Assembly: GCA_038729465.1 (NCBI GenBank)
Contig: JAVYRZ010000005.1
Span: 2,970-66,969, forward strand
DNA from: Thermoplasmata archaeon
Lineage (GTDB): Archaea; Thermoplasmatota; Thermoplasmata; Thermoplasmatales; ARK-15
DNA: 64,000 nucleotides
Direction: 5' to 3'
Shown: positions 1-8,414 of the stretch, in pieces
Layout of the letters: every line of letters starts with the position of its first letter
Numbering within the stretch: the stretch's first letter is position 1
Position numbers and translations under genes: made by a program
The notes under the pieces: generated by a model
The model's database searches: none
What the model was told of the DNA's origin: nothing
The model's input: the letters and a program-made list of their open reading frames with translations, nothing else

Positions 1-335
1 TCTGTAGATATTTTTTTGTTAAAATCCTCCAGCATCGGTATTTTGCTATTTTTTACTCTTGGAGAAGTGCCCACCCATCCTTTATGAGAAAACACGCTGT
101 CAGTACTAACTGCGAAAATTTCGGCGTTGTTGCTTTTAAAATCATCATAAATCTGCATAAAAGCTTCAATGTCTGTAGCGCATACAAACGTAAAATCACC
201 AGGGTAGAACGTCAATATTACCCACTTTCCGCGAAAATCAGAAAGCTTCACATTTTCGATCTTATCAGTGCTCGGAAAATATGCTTTTGTGGTAAACTCT
301 GGAGCGATCTCTCCAATATCTATTAAACTATTCAT
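1..335 (-). CDS. Peroxiredoxin (AhpC/TSA 2-Cys family), 5' part only; C-terminus lies beyond the window start
   Basis: Own translation of the minus strand from ATG at 335-333 gives MNSLIDIGEIAPEFTTKAYFPSTDKIENVKLSDFRGKWVILTFYPGDFTFVCATDIEAFMQIYDDFKSNNAEIFAVSTDSVFSHKGW... It has the FYPxDFTFVC peroxidatic-Cys motif. It is absent from the ORF track because it runs off the edge; the listed 84..326 (+) ORF is its antisense shadow. Confidence 0.85.
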   Translation of the reverse strand, partial: MNSLIDIGEIAPEFTTKAYFPSTDKIENVKLSDFRGKWVILTFYPGDFTFVCATDIEAFMQIYDDFKSNNAEIFAVSTDSVFSHKGWVGTSPRVKNSKIPMLEDFNKKIST

Positions 336-447
336 TTTACATCACCAGTTTAACAAAATTAATGGCACCTATAAAAATATTTTGTTATTTTTTCAGCTAT
401 AATATCGATAATAATTAAATACCACTAAAAGATATGGTTTAGAGAGT

Positions 448-699
448 ATGAGTTATTCAGAAACCGCCGAATTTGAATTTGAGGAACCGGACGCAGAGAT
501 AATATATCAATCTCTGATAGTGGAGAGTTTAAGAGAAATTCCAAGAACTAAAATTGAGCTTTCGACGAAAGACAAAATACTGAAGCTGATAATATATGCA
601 GAAGATCTAAATGCTCTAAGATCAGCGATAAACTCATATTTAAGATGGATAAATTTATCAATAAATATACTGGAGTTGAAAAAAAATGGTAGAACTTAA
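448..699 (+). CDS. pcc1: KEOPS complex subunit Pcc1
   Basis: 83 aa. The C-terminal ...EDLNALRSAINSYLRWINLSINILE matches the conserved Pcc1 signature (ALRxxxNSYLRW). It is adjacent to prefoldin beta, as in many archaea. Confidence 0.8.
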   Translation: MSYSETAEFEFEEPDAEIIYQSLIVESLREIPRTKIELSTKDKILKLIIYAEDLNALRSAINSYLRWINLSINILELKKNGRT

Positions 700-1051
700 T
701 TTAAGCCCTTACTTACAAGAAAAATTGAAGCAGGCTCAAAATTTACAGCAGCAATTAGAAAGTACGTTGGCGCAGAAGTATCAGTATGACATAAAAATAA
801 AAGAGCTTGCAAAGACAATTGAAGAATTAAGCAAGATAAAAGATGATTCCAAGATATACAAGAATGTGGGAGCTATCCTTATAGAAGTGAAAGACAGAGC
901 AATATTATTGAAAGAATTGCAGGATGAAAAAGAGACTCTTGAAGTAAAATCAAAAACAATGGAAAAGCAGCAAAAATTTTTAGAGGATAAATACAAAGAT
1001 ATTCAGGCTGAGTTTGCCAAGGCATATGGCCAGAAATCAGAGAGCAGTTAA
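686..1051 (+). CDS. pfdB: Prefoldin beta subunit
   Basis: 121 aa coiled-coil protein. It has LQEKLKQAQNLQQQLESTLAQK ... KIYKNVGAILIEVKD ... LEVKSKTMEKQQKFLEDK, the typical GimC/prefoldin beta layout (two helices around a beta hairpin). Confidence 0.85.
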   Translation: MVELNLSPYLQEKLKQAQNLQQQLESTLAQKYQYDIKIKELAKTIEELSKIKDDSKIYKNVGAILIEVKDRAILLKELQDEKETLEVKSKTMEKQQKFLEDKYKDIQAEFAKAYGQKSESS

Positions 1052-1627
1052 TCTCTCTATTTTTTTCAGGTATTCTGACTTGCAGACATTGCAGCAAAAA
1101 TATTTGTTTTCTCCTCCAACTTTTGCAATTACAGGTTCTCCCTTGATATCCCCCTTGCAATAATAACACTTGATCTTTAACATTGTGTCTTTTTCAAGCA
1201 TAGTCTCATTTTCTGATTTATGTTCAGAAAGTATTGAATATCGTTTATAGTTCACCATCTCCTGAGAAAGAATCTCTAAAAACTCATGTAACTTCTCGAT
1301 ATTTTTGTAGACGTATGTGACTATTATTACATTCGATTCTGCATTGAGAATTTTTCTTACATTTTCGAGGCCTGAAAGCTTATCTAGGAAACTCTTTAAT
1401 TTTTTAGGGTCACATTCTATTATGAAAAGGTCTTTGTAGTTCCCAAGTTTAATAAAATCCAATTCGGTAGTATATTTCTTGATCAATTCTAACCGTTCAA
1501 GAATTTTAATTTTTGAACTTACGGTAGGAGTGCTAATATTAATTTTTTTTGCGATTTTTCTGTGCGATATTCTGGAATCCTCGATAAGCAAAGACAGAAT
1601 TTTTAAATCGATGTCATCTAGCTTCAT
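1037..1627 (-). CDS. Lrp/AsnC-family transcriptional regulator with C-terminal TRASH metal-binding domain
   Basis: The N-terminus MKLDDIDLKILSLLIEDSRISHRKIAKKINISTPTVSSKIKILE is an AsnC-type HTH. The C-terminus CYYCKGDIKGEPVIAKVGGENKYFCCNVC fits C-x2-C-x20-C-x3-C, the TRASH pattern. Confidence 0.8.
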   Translation of the reverse strand: MKLDDIDLKILSLLIEDSRISHRKIAKKINISTPTVSSKIKILERLELIKKYTTELDFIKLGNYKDLFIIECDPKKLKSFLDKLSGLENVRKILNAESNVIIVTYVYKNIEKLHEFLEILSQEMVNYKRYSILSEHKSENETMLEKDTMLKIKCYYCKGDIKGEPVIAKVGGENKYFCCNVCKSEYLKKIERLTAL

Positions 1628-1867
1628 AAGTATATAAAAAACTTTTAGATATTAAGTTTTTGTTATATTTCTATGACGGTAATATAAGGTTGGATAAATA
1701 ATATTTTTTACTCAAATTTTTTATGTAAGTATTTGCCTTATATCAGAATTAAAAGAGTATTCGCTACGGTAATTCAGAATGATCTAACCATCAATTTCAG
1801 CCAGAGTTATACGTTGATTTATAAAAAGAGAAATACGTTTAATTTTTATGCGCAGTATGATAAAAAA

Positions 1868-2878
1868 TTAATCATTTTTTGGGAGATATGGAAATACCAA
1901 CATAGCGTCTCCAAAGCTGAAAAATCGGTACTTGTTTTCAACAGCAATTCTATATGCTCTCATAATATTTTCATATCCTGCAAATGCTGAAACTAACATC
2001 AAGAGAGAAGATTTTGGAATGTGAAAGTTGGTAATCAGTGCAGCTACACCGCTTTTAAATTTATATCCTGGATATATGAACAGATCTGTTTTCGTAGTGT
2101 TGCTCATAATCTTTCCATCTTTAGCAGAGCTTTCAAGTGCTCTCATAACAGTAGTTCCAACGGCTATCAATCTGCCGCTTCTATTGTTGATCAGGTCTGC
2201 AGTATCATTTGAGATACTATAATACTCATAGTACATTTTATGGGTAGTAATATCCTCTTCTCTGACCGGTGCAAAAGTGCTGAATCCTATATGTAAAGTA
2301 ATATATCCTATTTTTACTCCTTTATACTCAAGGTTTTTTAAAAGCTGGCTTGTAAAATGAAGCCCGGCAGTAGGCGCAGCAAGAGAGCCATTATTCTTGG
2401 CAAAAATAGTCTGATATCTATCTGCATCTTTTAACTCTTTTTTTATGTACGGTGGTAGTTTTACAGTAGCAACATTATCTAGATCTGGCTCTTGTTCAAA
2501 TTCTATAGTTCCAAACCCTTCATTTTTCTCTATTACCTTCCCTCTCAAACCATTGAAATCTAAAATTGTTCCAATTCTCACATTTTTTCCGCCTATAATA
2601 GCAGTGCATACATTATCTTTTTTAGAAGTGATCAGAGCCTCAACTTTTCCACCAGTTAATTTTTTTCCGATCATTCTTGCTTTCAGTACCTTTGTGTCAT
2701 TGAATATTATCAAATCGTCTTTTTCCAAATAATTGATTATGTTATAAAAATAGTCATGAATTATTTTGTCTTGATTGAGTACCATCAATTTTGAATGGTC
2801 TCTGGGATCTACCGGATCCTGCGCAATCAATGTTTTAGGAAGATAAAAATCATATGCTTCAAGGCTATTTAAATTCAT
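1868..2878 (-). CDS. queA: S-adenosylmethionine:tRNA ribosyltransferase-isomerase (QueA) homologue
   Basis: 336 aa, colinear with bacterial QueA. Shared motifs are YDFYLPKTLIAQ.P..PRD.SKLMVL, LPPYI, AAPTAGLHFT, AVGTT..RALES, ITNFHIPKSSLLMLVSAFAG and KYRFFSFGDAML. Confidence 0.9.
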   Translation of the reverse strand: MNLNSLEAYDFYLPKTLIAQDPVDPRDHSKLMVLNQDKIIHDYFYNIINYLEKDDLIIFNDTKVLKARMIGKKLTGGKVEALITSKKDNVCTAIIGGKNVRIGTILDFNGLRGKVIEKNEGFGTIEFEQEPDLDNVATVKLPPYIKKELKDADRYQTIFAKNNGSLAAPTAGLHFTSQLLKNLEYKGVKIGYITLHIGFSTFAPVREEDITTHKMYYEYYSISNDTADLINNRSGRLIAVGTTVMRALESSAKDGKIMSNTTKTDLFIYPGYKFKSGVAALITNFHIPKSSLLMLVSAFAGYENIMRAYRIAVENKYRFFSFGDAMLVFPYLPKND

Positions 2879-2986
2879 AATTTACCCTAAATTAGCAGCA
2901 ATTATTAATGATTTCTATTTATATTATATTCTACATATAACAAAATATTTTATACAATAAAGAATTATAGGATTGGTGTAAATTAT

Positions 2987-3544
2987 ATGTATGAGATAAG
3001 ATTTCATGGTAGAGGTGGACAAGGTGCTGTTATAGCATCTGAGATCTTAGCAACAGCATTTTTTTATGAGAATAAATACGTATCCTCGTTTCCATATTTT
3101 GGAGTAGAACGAAGAGGTGCGCCTGTAACTGCTTTCACTAGAGTTGATGATCAACCGGTGCTAGTCAAATCTCAAATTTATGCTCCAGATTTTGTAGTAG
3201 TATTGGATCAGGCGCTCATAGATCAAGTTAATGTTACAGCAGGACTTAAAAAAGGTGGCGCAATTTTGATAAATTCAAACAAAGATCCTGATTTTTTTAA
3301 GTATGATTCTGCAGTAGCTACAGTCAATGCAACAGAGATAGCGTTATCTCATAATCTAGGCTCTTCCTCTGCACCGATTGTAAATACCGCAATAGTCGGT
3401 GCGTTTGCAAAAGCTACCAATACAGTATCTATAGATTCTGTTTGCAAAGCAATCAGGGACAAGATAAATATCTCTCCGGAGGAGAACGTGAAGGCTGCAA
3501 TTGAAGCCTTTGAAAATACAAAACTAAAAAAAGAGGTGAAATGA
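2987..3544 (+). CDS. porG: Pyruvate/2-oxoacid:ferredoxin oxidoreductase, gamma subunit
   Basis: [22 protein letters not shown]... is the typical gamma-subunit start. It is the first gene of the canonical G-D-A-B order. Confidence 0.85.
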   Translation: MYEIRFHGRGGQGAVIASEILATAFFYENKYVSSFPYFGVERRGAPVTAFTRVDDQPVLVKSQIYAPDFVVVLDQALIDQVNVTAGLKKGGAILINSNKDPDFFKYDSAVATVNATEIALSHNLGSSSAPIVNTAIVGAFAKATNTVSIDSVCKAIRDKINISPEENVKAAIEAFENTKLKKEVK

Positions 3545-3547
3545 AAT

Positions 3548-3862
3548 ATGCCAGGTTTTCCAACACCTATAACAACAGTGCCAAGCACCACCAATAAAAC
3601 TGGTACTTGGAGAACATTCAAACCGGTGATTGATTACAAAAAATGCATCAGGTGCATGATTTGCTGGAAATTCTGCCCTGAACCGGCAATAATCATAGTT
3701 CCTAATGATAAATATGGATACCCAAATCCCGCAATATCAAAACTTGACGCGCCAGAGATCGCCTATGATTATTGTAAAGGATGCGGGATCTGTGCCAACG
3801 AATGTCCAGTGAAATGTATAAACATGGTATTGGAGGAGCATGAGGAGGGTGGATCAATATGA
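3548..3862 (+). CDS. porD: Pyruvate/2-oxoacid:ferredoxin oxidoreductase, delta subunit (2x[4Fe-4S])
   Basis: 104 aa with CIRCMICWKFCP and CKGCGICANECP ferredoxin motifs, sitting between the gamma and alpha subunits. Confidence 0.85.
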   Translation: MPGFPTPITTVPSTTNKTGTWRTFKPVIDYKKCIRCMICWKFCPEPAIIIVPNDKYGYPNPAISKLDAPEIAYDYCKGCGICANECPVKCINMVLEEHEEGGSI

Positions 3863-5046
3863 AAACTATGCTTACAGGCAATGAAGCTGCGGCACATGGA
3901 GCCAGATTGGCCAATGTAAAGATTATATCTGCCTATCCTATCACACCACAGACTACAATCGTTGAAAAAATAGCAGAATTTGAAGCTAATGGAGAAATCG
4001 ATGCAAAATATATACGTGTAGAAAGCGAGCATTCTGCAATGGCAACTTGCATAGCTGCCGAAAATACAGGAGTCAGAACTTTTACGGCCACATCTTCGCA
4101 TGGGCTGGCTTTAATGCATGAAATGTTAATGTGGGCTGCAGGGGCAAGACTGCCGATTGTGATGAGCGTAGTAAACAGAGCTATGGGACCGCCATGGTCA
4201 ATCTGGTCTGATCAGCAGGATACCATTGCACAGCGTGATACTGGCTGGATGCAAATTTACGCAGAGAACAATCAGGAAGTACTTGATTCTATATTGATGG
4301 CTTATAAAATTGCCGAGGATCCCGCAGTATTATTGCCAATGATGGTGATAGAAGATGCATTCATACTTTCGCATACTACAGAGTCCATTGACTTGCCATT
4401 GAAAAAAGATGTGCTTAAGTTTTTGCCTGACTATAAGCCAGAATTTAAGTTAGATATTTCAAATCCTGCAGGATTTGGATCATTAGTTATGCCAGACGGC
4501 CCGTTCATGGAGTTCAGGCATAAAAGTGAAATCGCATTGGAACAAGCAAAAACCATAATAAAAAAGGTAGATCTGGAATTTAAAGAGCAATTTGGCAGGT
4601 CATATGGAGGCCTTGTTGAAAACTATATGACAGAAGATGCAGAGTATATAATCACAATGTTAGGCAGCACTGCCTCTACTGCAAAATATGTTGTAAACAA
4701 AATGCGCAGTGAAGGCAAGAAGGTAGGATTATTAAAGATTCGATCGTTCAGGCCATTTCCGGTAGAAGAGATTCGTAACACTGCCAAAAACGTAAAGGTG
4801 CTTGGAGTAATGGATAAGAGCTATACATACGGGCATGGTGGTGCACTGTTCAATGAAGTCACATCATCACTGTACAATCATAAAAGTGCGATAGTAAAGA
4901 ATTACATTACTGGGCTGGGTGGCAGAGATATTACGCCGGAGCTGATTGAACAAATGTTTGAAAACATGATACAGATAGGAAAGAGCGGGCTTGATAAGGA
5001 GATCGAGTGGGTAAATTTAAATATTGATTTGGAGGCGAGTTTATGA
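3859..5046 (+). CDS. porA: Pyruvate/2-oxoacid:ferredoxin oxidoreductase, alpha subunit
   Basis: 395 aa. LTGNEAAAHGARLANVKIISAYPITPQT...VESEHSAMA is the alpha-subunit signature. It overlaps the delta stop by 4 nt. Confidence 0.85.
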   Translation: MKTMLTGNEAAAHGARLANVKIISAYPITPQTTIVEKIAEFEANGEIDAKYIRVESEHSAMATCIAAENTGVRTFTATSSHGLALMHEMLMWAAGARLPIVMSVVNRAMGPPWSIWSDQQDTIAQRDTGWMQIYAENNQEVLDSILMAYKIAEDPAVLLPMMVIEDAFILSHTTESIDLPLKKDVLKFLPDYKPEFKLDISNPAGFGSLVMPDGPFMEFRHKSEIALEQAKTIIKKVDLEFKEQFGRSYGGLVENYMTEDAEYIITMLGSTASTAKYVVNKMRSEGKKVGLLKIRSFRPFPVEEIRNTAKNVKVLGVMDKSYTYGHGGALFNEVTSSLYNHKSAIVKNYITGLGGRDITPELIEQMFENMIQIGKSGLDKEIEWVNLNIDLEASL

Positions 5047-5945
5047 GAAATCTGACTATACCAGAGCAGGAATTGATGTTACCGGGGCACACTGCATGTA
5101 TGGGCTGTGGAGCAACAATCGCCATGCGCTATGTTTTAAAAGCACTGGGAAAAGATACAATATTGTCAATACCTGCCTGTTGCTGGGCAGTTATCCCGGG
5201 CGTATACCCTGCACGAGCACTGGAAGTTCCTTTGCTATATACAGCATTTGAGGTTACTGGCGCTGCCATATCTGGCATAAGAGAGGCTTTGAACGTGCAA
5301 GGGAAAGAAAACATTAATGTTGTAGGTTTTGCTGGTGATGGCGGTACTGCAGATATCGGAATACAATCGCTAAGCGGTGCAGTTGAACGCGGGCATAATG
5401 TGTTTTACATTATGTATGATAATGAAGCATATATGAACACAGGGATCCAGAGATCCTCAGAAACGCCGTATGGAGCATGGACCACTACCACGCAGATCGG
5501 CAAGCTGAGAGACTGGAAAAAAGAGCAGAAGAAAGATATGGTTGCAATAATGGTTGCTCATCATATTCCTTACGTTGCAACAGCCAGTATTGGCTATCCG
5601 GAAGACATGATTAAAAAGTTACAGAAGGCGAAGGATATTGAAGGTCCTAAATTTTTTCACATCTTTGCATCATGTCCTACAGGCTGGAAATCTCCACCTG
5701 CCAAAAGTGTAGAGATCGCAAAATTGGCAGTTGAAACAAAAATATTTCCTCTTTACGAGGTAGTTAACGGTGTTTATAATATTACATACAAACCACAGAA
5801 GAAAGTTGATATTAAAAAGTATCTCGAGTTGCAAGGTAGATTCAGGCACTTAACTGATGAAGACATAAACGAGATCCAGAACATTGCTGAAAAGAATTAT
5901 GAACAGCTACTAGAAAAAGAAAAATGGACAAACTCCAAGTTGTGA
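5043..5945 (+). CDS. porB: Pyruvate/2-oxoacid:ferredoxin oxidoreductase, beta subunit (TPP-binding)
   Basis: 300 aa. It has CMGCGA, the GFAGDGGTADIG TPP motif and YDNEAYMNTG. It overlaps the alpha stop by 4 nt. Confidence 0.85.
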   Translation: MRNLTIPEQELMLPGHTACMGCGATIAMRYVLKALGKDTILSIPACCWAVIPGVYPARALEVPLLYTAFEVTGAAISGIREALNVQGKENINVVGFAGDGGTADIGIQSLSGAVERGHNVFYIMYDNEAYMNTGIQRSSETPYGAWTTTTQIGKLRDWKKEQKKDMVAIMVAHHIPYVATASIGYPEDMIKKLQKAKDIEGPKFFHIFASCPTGWKSPPAKSVEIAKLAVETKIFPLYEVVNGVYNITYKPQKKVDIKKYLELQGRFRHLTDEDINEIQNIAEKNYEQLLEKEKWTNSKL

Positions 5946-5951
5946 GTAGAG

Positions 5952-7823
5952 ATGCCCTATAATTATCTTTATGAAGATAATGTAAATAAAACGTATTTCA
6001 TACTTTCGAACGAGGCCATAGTGAGGGGTGCACTGGAAAGCGGTGTAGACATTGTAGCTACCTATCCTGGCACACCCACATCCGAGATTGGAGACATATT
6101 TTCAAAAATTGCAAAAGATGCAGGAGTCTATTTTGAATATTCTACAAATGAGAGTGTTGCGCTTGGTGTAGCTGCAGCTGCAAGCAGTTCTGGTCTAAGA
6201 GCTATGGCTTTTATGAAGCATGTGGGTTTAAATGTAGCCTCAGATTTTTTGATGACCACAGCATATATAGGTGCCAAAGGTGGCTTTGTGATCATTACAG
6301 GCGATGATCCATCAATGCATTCTTCCCAGAATGAACAGGACAACAGACATTATGCCGAACTTGCACACTTACCATTAATAGAGCCATCATCACCACAAGA
6401 AGCAAAAGATTTTCTCAAGCAGGCTTTTGATATCTCAGAATCTTTGAAGCTTCCGGTTCTTTTCAGGACCACTACGAGAGTTAACCATTTAAGGGGACAG
6501 GTAACGTTCGGAGCGCTTAGGAAAAACAAGAAAAAATCAGAATTTATAAAAGATCCAGAGAGCTTAGTGCCATTGCCGTCCAATGCTTACAAAATGCGTA
6601 AGAGTCTTGAAGAAAAAAATAAGGAAGCGCTAAAATATTCAAACGATTCAACACTGAACAAAATTGAAGACGCGCAATCTGAATATGGGGCGATAACAAG
6701 CGGAGCAGGATATAATGTTTTGAAAGATGTAATAACTGATAATAGTATAAATATCAAACTGTTAAAATTAGGATTTACGAGACCTGTTCCTGATGCTTTA
6801 ATTTTAAAATTTATAAAATCTGTAAAAAAGCTGATAATTGTGGAAGAGCTGGATCCTTATTTAGAGAAAGAGGTTAGAACGTTAGCGCAGTTAAATGGAG
6901 TAGATATAGAGATATTTGGTAAAATGAACGGCTATTTTCCAAGCATGTACGAATATAATTCTGATGTAGTATACAGTGGCATAGCAAAGGCACTGAACCT
7001 AAAAACCTTGGAAAACCCGAAATTTGAAGCAGATCTAAATATACCATCAAGGCCGCCGGTACTGTGCCCCGGCTGTCCGCATAGAGCTACATATTATGCG
7101 ACTAAGACAGCATTGAAACAGCTCAGAATTAACAATGCAATAGTATCCTCCGACATAGGCTGTTATACATTAGGAATACAGAAACCATATGAACTTGCAG
7201 ACTTTTTGCTTGCAATGGGCTCTTCGATCAGTGCTGCTACAGGATTTGCCAAAGCCACAGATCAGCCTGTAATATCATTTATTGGTGATTCCACGTTTTT
7301 CCATAATGGTATACCGGGTTTGATCAATGCAGTGCACAATAAATCCAATTTATTACTGATTATTCTTGATAACCGCACCACTGCAATGACAGGGCATCAG
7401 TCTAATCCGGGAATGCCTATTGACGGCATGAACCAGCAGGCTCCAGAGCTATCAATAGAAAATATTGTGAAGGCTATAGGCGTAGAGTTTGTAAAGGTAG
7501 TTGATCCGTACGATCTGAAGACAATGACTAAAGCGATAAGAGAAGGATTGGAGTATCCAAAGACCTCTGTGATTATTGCTAAAAGAGAGTGTGCATTGCT
7601 TATGGACGCTAGAAACAGAAAGAATTCTACATGGACTACATATCACATAAATCAGGATAAATGTACACAATGTATGAACTGCGTATCTCACTTTTCTTGT
7701 CCTGCCATATTTACAGAAAACGGAAAAGTTTACATAAACGCCACGCTATGCGATGGATGTGGAGTATGTGCAGAGCCGCAAGTTTGTGGATTTAAAGCAA
7801 TTGAGGTGAGCAAAAGTGACTAA
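5952..7823 (+). CDS. iorA: Indolepyruvate:ferredoxin oxidoreductase, alpha subunit
   Basis: 623 aa. It has N-terminal LSNEAIVRGALESGVDIVATYPGTPTSEI, CPGCPHR, the TPP motif GDSTFFHNG...LDN, and a C-terminal double 4Fe-4S motif (CTQCMNC...CDGCGVC). Confidence 0.85.
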   Translation: MPYNYLYEDNVNKTYFILSNEAIVRGALESGVDIVATYPGTPTSEIGDIFSKIAKDAGVYFEYSTNESVALGVAAAASSSGLRAMAFMKHVGLNVASDFLMTTAYIGAKGGFVIITGDDPSMHSSQNEQDNRHYAELAHLPLIEPSSPQEAKDFLKQAFDISESLKLPVLFRTTTRVNHLRGQVTFGALRKNKKKSEFIKDPESLVPLPSNAYKMRKSLEEKNKEALKYSNDSTLNKIEDAQSEYGAITSGAGYNVLKDVITDNSINIKLLKLGFTRPVPDALILKFIKSVKKLIIVEELDPYLEKEVRTLAQLNGVDIEIFGKMNGYFPSMYEYNSDVVYSGIAKALNLKTLENPKFEADLNIPSRPPVLCPGCPHRATYYATKTALKQLRINNAIVSSDIGCYTLGIQKPYELADFLLAMGSSISAATGFAKATDQPVISFIGDSTFFHNGIPGLINAVHNKSNLLLIILDNRTTAMTGHQSNPGMPIDGMNQQAPELSIENIVKAIGVEFVKVVDPYDLKTMTKAIREGLEYPKTSVIIAKRECALLMDARNRKNSTWTTYHINQDKCTQCMNCVSHFSCPAIFTENGKVYINATLCDGCGVCAEPQVCGFKAIEVSKSD

Positions 7824-8412
7824 TCTCAGCATCTTATTTGCGGGTGTGGGCGGAGAAGGTGTGGTTACAACTGGCGCTGTTTTAGGAGACACGCTTACCA
7901 GAAAGGGTATTAAAGTGGTAATGTCAGAGGTACATGGGATGGCGCAGCGCGGTGGCATTGTGACAGTAGAGATGAAAGTGGGGGCTTGCAACAGTCCTAT
8001 CATAGGCATAGGCAAAGCAGACATAATTGTGGGGTTTGAGCCTATTGAAACGTACAGAGTGCTAAATAAAGGAAACAAAGATACAAAGATAATAATGAAC
8101 AGCAGCAGGATCGTACCTTTTACTGTATCTGTAGGAGAATCGGAGTATCCTGATTTTGATAAGATCGTGGAAAACATTAAAAAATACTTTAATAGTTTGT
8201 ATATTATAGATGCTGAGTCGCTGGCAATCAAAGCCGGTAACTCAATTGTCGAGAACATTGTGTTATTGGGTGCTCTTACAGCATTGAATATTATTCCTGT
8301 GAACAAGGAAGATGTTATGGAGAGCATAAAGACTGCATTCTCAAACAAGCGTTATGAATCAATGAATATTACTGCGTTCGAGCTTGGATATAACTTCATT
8401 AAAGCACATTAA
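7816..8412 (+). CDS. iorB: Indolepyruvate:ferredoxin oxidoreductase, beta subunit
   Basis: 198 aa. FAGVGGEGVVTTGAVLG...SEVHGMAQRGG is a gamma-like domain typical of IorB. It overlaps iorA by 8 nt. Confidence 0.85.
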   Translation: MTNLSILFAGVGGEGVVTTGAVLGDTLTRKGIKVVMSEVHGMAQRGGIVTVEMKVGACNSPIIGIGKADIIVGFEPIETYRVLNKGNKDTKIIMNSSRIVPFTVSVGESEYPDFDKIVENIKKYFNSLYIIDAESLAIKAGNSIVENIVLLGALTALNIIPVNKEDVMESIKTAFSNKRYESMNITAFELGYNFIKAH

Positions 8413-8414
8413 AA

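Noticed and set aside
84-326. 80-aa plus-strand ORF at the window start
   Set aside because: It lies fully antisense to a clear peroxiredoxin coding sequence (1-335, minus strand). Its composition is unremarkable, it has no RBS and it matches no recognisable family.
1628-1867. 240-bp spacer between the Lrp/TRASH regulator and queA, examined for a small gene or RNA
   Set aside because: It is very A/T-rich with only trivial ORFs and no convincing helices. It is most simply the regulator's promoter plus the queA 3' region.
7746-8348. 200-aa minus-strand ORF
   Set aside because: It is antisense to iorB and the iorA 3' end, which have strong family motifs. The translation is low-complexity S/T/I/F-rich, as expected for a shadow ORF in AT-rich DNA.
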